A stretch of 64,000 nucleotides of DNA, taken from the NCBI RefSeq assembly GCF_947507565.1, contig NC_089192.1, forward strand, positions 1,046,690 to 1,110,689, written 5' to 3'. The position numbers and the translations under genes are program-made. Position 1 is the first letter of the stretch, and each line of letters starts with the position of its first letter. Shown piece after piece: positions 23,701 through 34,900 of this stretch. Source of the stretch: Oscarella lobularis. Lineage: Eukaryota. The notes under the pieces are model-generated. The model was not told where the DNA came from and made no database searches. It saw only the letters and a program-made list of their open reading frames with translations.

Positions 23701-24499
23701 ATCTACGATCTTTACCCGTGGAGGAAGGAACGGATCCACATGCTGATATTAACTAACTACAAAAATACCTAAAATTGAAACTATTTGTAGTTCAGGAATG
23801 CTAAAATCTTGACCTCGCGGATTTCTAACGAAACGCGCTAGATCTAATGCTAGATGCTAATATAACAACCTCGCGCGGTCAAACGGTTCGTGCAAGTCAA
23901 AATTTCCAAAGAAAATGCGCTAATTGATTCGGGGGGCCCCCAAAGCGTAGATCTATACCTGTTCCACTATTCGCACGGTTTCTTCAAATTTGAGCGTAAA
24001 TTATCAATTGCGAAGCGCTTCGTAGTCATAGATCACTGTAAAAAAAACGAAGCGAAAGTGATCGCGCGGCGACGTCCGGGTGGACGGATAGCCTTTTTCA
24101 TCGCGAAAAACAGGCACCCGATCGCCCATACGCTCACCGACGCCGTAATTTGCGTCGTTATTGGCTCCCGCGTCGTCGTCGTCGCCGAAATCGGCCGTTT
24201 TCTTCGTCTATGATCTACGCCACGTTCGATCTGCTTCGCATGTTCGTTTCCCCGATGTCCGGGCCGTTCGACAAGCCCGCGAAAAAGCCAATCGACGATA
24301 ATTTACAGCGAACGTAAGGCGAAACTGTGAAGGAAAGGAAACGCGACCACGAGGCATCGTACGCCATCTTGACCTTGAGGCGAGAAATCTTGCATCACTA
24401 TTGCCAAGAATAGAATTGCTGACCATGATCGTGATGCAATCGATGGTCAAACGGTATTAAAAAATTCGCACCTATTCGAAGGAACCAACCAGAGCGCTA

Positions 24500-25240
24500 G
24501 ATGAATCCAACGTGACCTCGACGGACCAATGAGCGCGCTGGGCGGAGCTAGCTACACGGTTCAAAAGGGAAGTGCACACCGATTCTCTTTCAGTTGCGGC
24601 CTAGGGTGGGTGCGGCGTGGAGCAATCTGCGTCTCATCCTTGACGGACTGGCTCGGGAGTATCGGCAAAAGGACAGTCTGGATCGTCGGATCAGCGTGGC
24701 CCACGGATTAATCCCGTGCCGGAGCCTCTAAGCAGGGCGATGGGGGGCTTCGGCCTCGGTTCACGCACTGAGCGAAAAGATCGCCTATATGTCTTATTGT
24801 TGCCAAACGAGCACGACCTGCGTTAGGCAGAGTGGGTACGGCTCGGAGGGGGTGTCGCAAGCGGTCTGGTTGCCGGCACTTATCTCACCAACTGGCACGA
24901 TTAGATTGCGGATGATCTGGCTCAGGAGAATTCGATCTGGGCATTGCACGTCCTTTCCTGTCGACTCCTACAAACAGTAGTCAGCCGCTCTCCACCTCAG
25001 AAGCCCTGGTTCTTAGCTTCGGCTTACCAATGTGGTCAGGTATCGTCGCGCCGGGGGACTCGGTATTAGGGGCCGACTACTCGTCCAGGCGGATACTGGT
25101 TGAGGTGGCCTATGAGGTCAAAACTCGCCCGAAACTTTTTGGAACGGGTGGCCATTGCTTTGCGGTGGCTGCCTTGAGCTACGTAGCGTCCGAACCTCCC
25201 CGTGGTGTAGCTCGGGTAATGCTAATACGGACGCATTCAG
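24500..25240 (+). ncRNA. GC-rich conserved non-coding element, copy 1 (candidate structured ncRNA; an inverted paralogous copy lies at 63514 to the window end)
   Basis: About 740 bp of around 60% GC with no ORF longer than 80 aa. It aligns to the reverse complement of 63514-64000 with frame-shifting indels, so it is not protein coding. The 3' 105 nt, ..ggaacgggtggccattgctttgcggtggctgccttgagctacgtagcgtccgaacctccccgtggtgtagctcgggtaatgctaatacggacgca, is about 91% identical between copies. It contains aggtcaaaactcgccc, preceded by ccaggcggatactgg and gccgggggac, which is reminiscent of the SRP RNA S-domain motifs CCAGGUCGGAAACGG and AGGUCAAAACUCC. The 5' boundary is approximate. Confidence 0.4.
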
Positions 25241-25911
25241 AAAAGGTGCGTAGAACGATATTTTGACAGTGACTAATTGGGATTTGATTTTTAGATCGCG
25301 AGCGCTGAAGGACGAAAATCGAAGAGAGAACGATCGACGAAGACGAAGACAGCCGGAGAAAAACGATCGACGAAAGGAAGGATCGAAAAATACAGTGGAC
25401 ACGTTAGACTAGGTTTCTGCATGAGTGCATGTATCCACTGTAAAATTACTGTACGAAATAAAATCATGTGCGCAACTTGATCGTCTACGTGGCCGTCGCG
25501 TATCTCGTCCAGCCTGCGATTTGGAAATAATAACAACGAGCCACGTACTAGTTATTTCCATCGAAACAACGGTACTCAGGTCTCAGGTAGGTTTTATCGG
25601 TGTACGCAGATACAGTGCACGACGACGTTTTAACTAAAAAGAGGAGAAGAATGACTTCAATTTCACTAGAGCCCATTTCGTATTGATACACGTATGAAAA
25701 CAATTCCAGTACCATTTCAGACAAAAGTACTGTGCATTCAGGTCAAAAGGGATTGTGCAGGAAAAGAACATTGCCAAGAGAATCACCAACCAAAATTCTG
25801 TCGGCTTCATCGACGACAGAAACAGCCATGGACGTGACAGGACCCGGTGCACAAAAGAGGCCAATCTTGAGAAGACGCAATTATGAACAGAATTGTGTAG
25901 ACTGATTTTCT

Positions 25912-28900
25912 CTAAACCTGTTGCAACGCCAGGCTACTCCACACTTTGACTGTAGCATCAGTTGACCCGGTGTAGTACGAATATTTGCCTACTCCACCAC
26001 CAGAAATAGCTTTTGAATGCAACTGAAAGGAAAGACCGTTAAACAGTCGAGCGCCAAACTTCGTGCAATATCTATGAAACCTTTTCCGCGACCATTTGTT
26101 TGCCGGTGACGCGATCGAATACAGATACCGTTCCACTCGAACTTCCCACCAAAATAATTTCCTTATTCGCTTCCAAATCGCTGAGCATTTTTGGACCGGT
26201 TTTCGTTCCGTGCGCGAGAAGTGTCCACTGCTTTCCTTCCTCTTCTTTCAAGTTCAATGCACTTCTGGAAGACGTCTAAACACGACAACACAGGTATATA
26301 GTAAAAACTTGCAGTCGGGAAAACACGAAGATCCTCCACGTAATCTACCATCTCACCTTTGAGCTGTTCCATACAAAGACTTTAGAATCCGCCAACGTCG
26401 CCATGAAATAACTTTCATCTTCGCTGAAGGATAGGTTGGTTATCCAATCAGTCGGGCTGCCACAACACAATCTATAGGGCATGTAACTTGTTGCAAGCTA
26501 CGCACTCACCCCTTGAGAACTGTGACTTTTTGTAGAGCATCGCCGGTAAATTTCCATACAATCGCGCTCTTGTCCCACGAGCCCGACAACAGAGTGCAAC
26601 TCTTGCGACTGTACGCGAGGCATGTAACTGGTAAACCGGTGTCTCCATGGGACAAACTATAGAAGAAACAAGGCTCCCTTGAACATAGTGAGGGGATAGG
26701 AATGCTTTTTGAAAAGAGCTACGAGATTTGGCGTCTTACTAAATTTTGAGGTAAAATTGCCTTTACAGTGTTTTTCGCAAATTTCAAGACCAACCAGTGT
26801 CTGCAACTTTTATGCACGAGAGACGTTTCGTCCGCCTGAACCGCAAGCGCCGTTTGCGCGCCATCAAGTTGCAGACACTGGTTGGTCAAAAATAGGCGTT
26901 CCCACCAACGCTATTATTTGTATGCAAGACTGCATGTGACGTTCCGACCGCCTGCATGAGCCGCAAGCGCCGCTTCAAGTTGCGCGGAACAAGTCATGGC
27001 AGCGTCCGACTGCTAATAGAATTTTTTCAACCTGCCACAAGACACGTTCCGTCCGCCTGAACCGCAATTGCGACGCTTGCGGTTCAGGCGCACGGAACGC
27101 CACTCGCGCATAAAAAGTAATGTGTAGCGTTGGCGGGAACGCCCACAATTGAGGGGTAAGTGTCTCTCACTCGTTTGCGCGCGAGCGGCGTTTGCGGTTC
27201 AGGCGCAAGGAACGCCACTCGCGCATAAAAAGTACAGTGTAGCGATGGCGGGAACGCCCACTTTTGAGGGGTAAGTGTCTCTCACTCGTTGCGCGCGAGC
27301 GGCGCTTGCGGTTCAGGCGCAAGGAACGCCACTCGCGCATAAAAAGTACAGTGTAGCGATGGCGGGAACGCCCACTTTTGAGGGGTAAGTGTCTCTCACT
27401 CGTTGCGCGCGAGCGGCGCTTGCGGTTCAGGCGCAAGGAACGCAACTCGCGCATAAAAAGTACAGTGTAGCGATGGCGGGAACGCCCACTTTTGAGGGGT
27501 AAGTGTCTCTAACTCGTTGCGCGCGAGCGGCGCTTGCGGTTCAGGCGCAAGGAACGCCACTCGCGCATAAAAAGTAAAGTGTAGCGATGGCGGGAACGCC
27601 CACTTTTGAGGGGTAAGTGTCTCTAACTCGTTGCGCGCGAGCGACGCTTGCAGTTCAGGCGCAAGGAACGCCACTCGTGCATAATAATGGCGTGGTCAAT
27701 GGCAGCGTCCGACTGCTAAGGGAAGATAGAATTTTTTCAACCTGCCATTACCACGCTATTATTATGCACTAGACATCCAAGCGCCGCTTGCGCGCAACGA
27801 GTTATCTGCAGAAACTGGTTGGTCAAAAATGGGCGTTCCCAACATTTACCAGGCTATACTCAGGCTATACTCAGGCCGGTAAAGTGGTAGCGACAACACA
27901 TTTCAGCCCCATTCAAAGCTATTGTACCTCAATTTCAAGTTATGCCTTTTTGAGTATATCCATAGTTGAATTGCACTGCCTTTTCCCACCACAAACGTAG
28001 CCCGTTCAACTGAAGATTCAAGAAATTTGACGGCATTGACTGGCTCGCTTGACTCCATCACCTGTGCAGGTACAGGTGTTATGCAACAGAGGTGTTCGTA
28101 CGGAAATGATATCAAACCTTGGAATGGAGTCTAGGCGAGAAGGAAGAATGATCGCCTTGAAGGGACCACAAAAGAACACTTCCGTCTCTGGAGAAGATAA
28201 AACTGTACAATTACGCACACAAAGTCATTACACAGTACCTGCTGGACGTAAGAGCCCAATACCCAGACGGACACATGTCGCCACAGGTTACGGAGGCGCT
28301 GTGTCCACGTACAACCGGTCCGACCTTAAAACAAACGCGTTCAAAGACCCTCTATATAAAAAAATTAGTAGCGTAATCAATTTACTGCATGCCTATAGAA
28401 GTAATCACAATTCCGATATATAAGTTACCTACCTGAGGCAGCCAAACCTTCACCGTCTTGTCCAGAGCACTCGTCACAATTCGATCTCCAACTGCTTTCA
28501 CGCTAAGAACGCGACCTGAATGCCCACTCAGCGCTGCTAATTCATTCGCCTGCAGAGCAAAAAATGCTTAGAAGTGATCCGGATCATATACTCAACTTTC
28601 TACCTGTAGAGCCATCCAGGAGCGAATTGATCCATCGTCGCCTCCAGAAATGACAGCTACGTCGCCGAAGCGAGCCTTTTCTCCTTCTTCGTCGAAATCC
28701 GTTTCCGTCCGATCGTCAGCCATGTCAGCCCAAGGAGTCGACGTCGATTCTTCTTTCTTCGTTGCGCCCGAGTCCTTTGCAAAGATACAGCACGCGTTGA
28801 CTCGTCGTTCGTGGCCGTGCAACGTCGTGATTTCGATGCCCTTGCGACTCCAGAGTTTCACCGACCCATCGACACTCGACGAAACAATACAACCAGCCTA

Positions 28901-31900
28901 AAAAGACACGATATCTCCTAAGCAAAAAGATCTCGCGTTTGTTTTCAAACCGTTATGGCTACGTTCGTCACAGAGCCGAGGTGACCTTTCATCTGAACGT
29001 TGGATTGGAAAGTTTCCAGGTTCCACAGTTTGACTGTGAAGTCGTTGGACGCCGTCACAATGAAGTCGTCTTTCTCGGATAGTGCCAGGGAATTGATCCA
29101 ATCTTTGTGCGCGTCAGAGAGCGATTTGATCTGAGAGCCCGTTCGGGTGTCCCAAATGATGATCGTCTAAAGGCAAGTACTTCTCGGTCCAGAGCAACTA
29201 AGTTCGTTTATATATATATATAGTACCTTATCTCGGCTAGCTGATATTACTCGCTTCTCATCTGAAGTCAAGCATACTCCGGTAACGGGAGCGGAATGGC
29301 CAGCCAATGAACGAACTGGACTCAAAAAACTGCCAAAAGAAATTAATTAGATAATAATAAATACGTCATATAAATGAATCCCGCCCAGCTGGGTACACTC
29401 ACGTTCCGGAAGACGGTTGCTTCTTGGCAGGCTTCTTTTTCACGTCGTACAGACAAACGGTGAAATCCTCGGAGCCCGAACTTATGAGCTTGTTACGCCA
29501 ATCCACGCACCACACTCCCTTCTCGTGGCCAACGAGAGTCTTCTCAGCCTTCTTAGACGACGATGAAATGATCTAGAAGAGACTCTCTCGTGACAATGCA
29601 TATGAAAAAATGCTAGAGTCAAAACCTTGAGCGTTCCATCGTCCGAACCAGATACGAACCGCTCTCCAAATCCGCTTTTTTCCCATGCCAGACAGCAAAC
29701 TGCAGCAGTGTGAGCTCCTGGGTACATCGTAGTAAGAGGAAAGCCTGCTCTTTATTAAGCATACCATCAATTTCGTCTAGTTCAACACCGGATAATGCAT
29801 CATAAATTCGAATTAGCTTCTCGTGATATCCGGCTGCCAGTAGACGCGACGAAGGATCGACCGCCAAGCACAAAACGCCGCCCACGTCTTCAACAGCATG
29901 GGCAGTGTACGTTGGCTTGCCAAGATAGCCAGACCAAACCTAGAATACAACAGAAGTTTTATTAGACGTCACACGCACTACACTGAGAAATTAGTGTACC
30001 TTGATAAGCTGATCGTCACTTCCCGTTACGAGATGACCGGACTTGGTGAAACAAATCGCATTGACAGGTAACGCGTGACCGGTCACGCAGCCAACCTAAA
30101 GACACATCCAAGTCCACTATATATAAGCACGAGTCTCTCACCTGAATTCCGGCCATGGAATGCCAGATCTTTATCTGCCCGTCGAGAGAAGCCGAAGCGA
30201 TGTGCACTCCGCTAGGAGAATACGCCACTGCTCGCACCGAACAAGAGTGCCCTCGAAGAGTCTTAATTAAAAAAATACAATATTCAATTTTTTTATTTAA
30301 ATCTCAAACTTAGTGAACCTTGATTCGTTTCCGGTTGAACGTGTCGTATATTCTCATTCTCGAATCCCAGCTTCCCGTGACGATGAACTGGCCTTCGGGA
30401 TGGAAGTCGACGCAGTTGATCGGTTTCTCGCCGCTTTTCAGCTCGGCAACGACGCTTCCGTCTTTGCCGCTCCATATAACGATGCGCGCGTCCCATCCAA
30501 CGGAAACGATGACGCTGCCCGACGGATCCGACGCGCACGCGCCAACTTGGCGCTTGTGACCCATAGCAGTCGAAATTCTATAAAGAAGCAAAAAAAACGT
30601 TTGACAACCGTCTCTACTCTTTGGAGTTAAAAATTATTGAGACTGCCTCTTTTTTAAGTGCGACTTACCTGTGACCCCCTTGAACATCCCAAAGGGAAAA
30701 GGCACCGTCCAGGGATGCGCTGCACAGTCGAGACGCACCCGCAAAGCAACAGCTAACAACTGCGTGAGCGTGTCCGACAAATGATTTCACTTCCTAATAT
30801 ATTTCGAACAATTGAATAGGACAATGCTCTAATAGGAGCTAGTGCTTACTTTTCCTGTAGCTAGCTCGTAAAGTTTCACTGTGCAATCCTGAGAGCCGCA
30901 CGCAATGAAACGACCGTCGGACGAAATTGCCACGCACAGTACAAGCTAGTGATAAACAGACGATTGAATTTATCAAAATGTCTCCTTATATCTCTTACCT
31001 TTGAATTTCCGCTGATAGTCATTTGGCATGGATGACTCTTATCTGGCTTATTCACCCAGAGAAGAAGCGACGAGTCTTCGCCGCGCTGTCGCTGACTCAC
31101 TATTTCATGCGCTGCTTTAGACACAACTGACGTCGCAGGCTCGTTGATTGCCTGCTGCATCACCAGAGTTGAGTAGCTAAGAAATAACAGATGAATTTCA
31201 AAAACGCCAAACAAATAATTGAATTAATTAATCAAAAAATTGCAATTCTCACCTTGACATGATGTGAATCTGCTGAGAGACGAACGAACGATATTCCTGC
31301 AAAGTAGAACTTTGGAGAAATTTCTGCCTTTCTTTTTCCATCAGCGGAGGAAAATCGTGCTTTCCTAAACGACACGTTCTGCTCGCGATCTCGTTCGCCG
31401 TGCGACTACTGTACCCCTACCGCCGGCTTGGAGGTCTTCCACGACCTGGAGTCCCAATCCAAGTTGACATTTGACTTGAATGTATCGCAAGTTGCAGACG
31501 ACTTTTCCCAAGTCTTCCCACGCGCCAGCGCAAGTCTACAGCAGTCGAGACGTCTATTAGAAGGGGATTTCGCGATAAACGCAAGCAGGAGACCAACTAA
31601 ATTTAGGTGGGGGCCCCAAAAGTAAGAAAAGAGGCGCCCATTACCAAATGATAAGCTAGTTCACTACAGGCACGCTTGTTGAGACCGGAAAACGTCCCAT
31701 CACGAGCGGGATCCGCCTCGTTGTAGAAATAAGCTAAAGGAAAGGAAATTACGATTGCACAATGACATTTGAAGAAAATTTATATAAGTATATGGTACCA
31801 GCAATTAGACGATGGAGTTTCGTTTCTTCGTCTTTTGGTGACGATTTCAGATACTGTTTTTTGATAGCGTTGATGACGTCAGAATGACACAAAAGCATCA

Positions 31901-34900
31901 CTCCATCCCTAAAAAATAATCAAATCGTAGCTGCTAAGTTGTCTTTGAAGCCCCGCTGTACCTGGATCCAGCTGTAGACTGCAGGAAACATTGAAGACTT
32001 CGGATGAGTCGAATAAAATTTGCCTGACTGACTGGACTCTTCCGCGATAAATCGCCAAGAACGCTAGAAAAGTGCGGATCAAGAGGACTCAGCTTGGAAT
32101 CGACGTTGCAAGAACGTAGGCTAAGAAGACTAAGCAGCTCCACTTCAGAAAGACCTGAAAACGTACAGAAACGGTTATGTATGTTCGAGGCAGTTTTTTC
32201 AGTTTCACCGTTTCGAGAGCAAAGGAGCAGGTGCAGAGCCATGGAAACCAAATCTCGTCCGTGATCCACTTCCAATCGATTGAGAACGTCTTGCAACAAA
32301 CCGCCCAACGAAGAAGGCATCTGCCTCAACTTTTCAGAAACCTAAGCATATAAACATAGATAAGGATGGACCCTTCCACTTGCCTATACTATGATCACCT
32401 TTTCGTAGACCCCGAAGACGCGCAACTCTTCGCAGGCCAAGGCAAGGTATAGAGGAATATTGGCATCTTTCTTACTCAGCAAGATTTTCAACTGCAACGA
32501 GTCAAAAATTATTTTAATTTAAATTACCGTCGCCAAATTAATTCTCGCCTGATTATTAAATGCCGATTCGTTGAGAGTCTTTCGATGACGACCGAGCGAA
32601 TCGCGGACCATGTCGGCTTTGTCGAACATGTCTAGTCCACTGAGAGAAATCACGTTATTCTCCTGGTGTCGACGTTGCAAAGAGGCGTAGCACGGGTCAC
32701 TATCTAGAACACTCACAACGAAGAGAACACGCTAGGAAAAGATAAACAAGTAGATAAAAATAATTTTTTGAACTATAGCCTTCTTACGTTTGGTAATGGG
32801 TCAGGCAGCCACTCCATAGTTTTGGCCGAGTGTATCTCGTCCAACTGATCCAAACCGTCGACAAAGACAATAATTTTGTTTGACACGCCCACGTTGAGAG
32901 CAGCCTTTGCGAGCATTTCGGGTAGTGCCATCGCAAGTTCGTTATATTCCTCAGCGACGGGATCGTCGACGTCGAAGCGCGTTTTCAATTCGTAGCAGAT
33001 GCGACGAAGAGCTTTGGAAATGTTCGTCGAGCCGGGCGACACGCCGACAAAGTGAGCAAGGAGAAGAGAGAAAGAAGAACACGAGGCAGAAGAGCCATAG
33101 GAATGCATAATAGCAGACTATAAGAAAAAATATATATATATATATATTATTTCTCACTGCGTCTGCCATGTGATAAGCTTACCATTAGCGATGTCTTTCC
33201 CATACCCGGTTTTCCTGCTATCACAATCACGCCGGAGCTCATCTTTTCAATGGCCGCTTCGGCCTGCTTCAGAACGTTTTTCCGGCCCGTGAATATTTCG
33301 TTTGCGTGCTCGGCGAACGCTCTGTGACGTCGAGACTCCTCGTCCATTTCGTCTTCGCCAATTTCCTGCACGGAAACAATGCAGACATCAGACGCTAAAC
33401 GACGTTAATAGAACGTAATACCTCATCAGGAAATTCCTTCAGCAGTGCATTCCAAAGATTGTTCAGCACGCGACCGCCGAACTCTTCGAGCGACCGAACC
33501 ATCGGCTTTCCGTCCAAAACGCCGCCCCATTCACACGGATAGCTGCAATGAATTTTATGACGCGAGCACTTTTCGATAAGACAAACGTCCTCACTTTTCA
33601 AACACTTCGAGTCCACTAGTCTGAATTCTCGCCTTCAAATCCGCCATCCTGGCTGCAGACTCGCTGCTTTCTGCTTCGAACGACTTCCTAGCATCTTCAG
33701 GAACAGCACTAAGATCAACAGTGAGAGACACCTCTCTCTCCCTTGGGTACGAACACACCTTAAAAACGATTGATCTCGAAAGTAGAAAAAAGCTCTCGTC
33801 TGGCAATCGAGTGGATTGGCCAGAGCCGCGTGATGAATCTCCAATTCCGTAATCGATCTCCCCGACGCGTAATCGCGCACCCAATCGAATTCCGGCTCGT
33901 CCGGCACGTCGTAGCGATCCGGAATCCAGCCGTAACGTTCGCCGAGAATTCCGACGAAAAAATCGCAATGGTCCACCTCGCTGAGACAAATTTCGACACC
34001 CCTGGGGAGCGAAAATAATAATAATATTAATTGACAAAAATCAACTATAATTTAAATTTACTTTCTGCTATTCATTTCGTTCTCCGTCACGCCCCATCGA
34101 AGATCGACTTCGTAAACGTTGATGAAGTGCCGTTTCGCGCGCTCGCGCAGCTCGGGAAAGACGTAGCGCGTGAGAAGGTCCCTTTCGCCGTGCATGTCCT
34201 TGAAAGTCGAGCTGATGAACACGCGAGCCGTACGCCACCTGAAAGACCAAAATAAATAAATAAATAATAAGAGATTCTTCTTTTATAGTCGTGCCTTGGT
34301 TTGAGACTTTGATGGGTGTTCTCGTCGCCTTCGAAAGGAGGCTTCACCACTGGAAGTCGTCGACCGAGTGCGGGTTGTTTGACGTCGGTGAGACGGTGAG
34401 CCTTGTCGATGTTTTCGACGTGCGCCAATTGGCCGCCGCCACCTCTTTCAGCAATGAACCTGGGAGAGGTTTCAATAAGTATACGTACACGTTGTGAATG
34501 CATGAGACTTACCTCAGAATTTGGTCACTGTAGCCGGCAATGAAGACGTCGTTTTCGTGACGAGAGGACGTCGTGGAAATACTAGATAAGATAACACACG
34601 TTTGTCTATTGATCGACTGCTGAACTGGCCAGTTTATTGACCTGCATTTGGTTCCACTCAGATCCACGTTTACGAACAGCAAATTCGAATTGACCGTGCG
34701 TCGATACTTTTCCAGAAAATTAGCGACGAAATCGGCAGAACGCCCGGCGGACGTCGCACCGTCCAAAATCATGAGAGTGTCAATCTGCGAAAACAAATTC
34801 TCGTCACACTAGCGAAGACTTCGAATTGAAAAAAAAAACTCACTGAAGTTTGACTCAGAAGATAATCAGTCAAAATTTTACGAGGCAATTCGCCCACGTC

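Noticed and set aside
24880-24960. gatgatctggctcaggag resembles the bacterial 16S 5' end (tttgatcctggctcag). There is also a weak similarity to the 515F region (gtgccggcaacc).
   Set aside because: The similarity does not extend; the flanks do not match rRNA. The element is only ~740 bp and is present as two diverged eukaryotic copies.
24500-25240. Search for a telomerase-RNA template (CUAACCCUAA-type or other short telomere-complement repeats) in the GC-rich element, because of the adjacent TEP1-like gene.
   Set aside because: No run of 1.5 or more telomere-repeat complements was found on either strand (only isolated CCCUAGG and AAUCCC). The telomerase RNA idea is not supported by the sequence.
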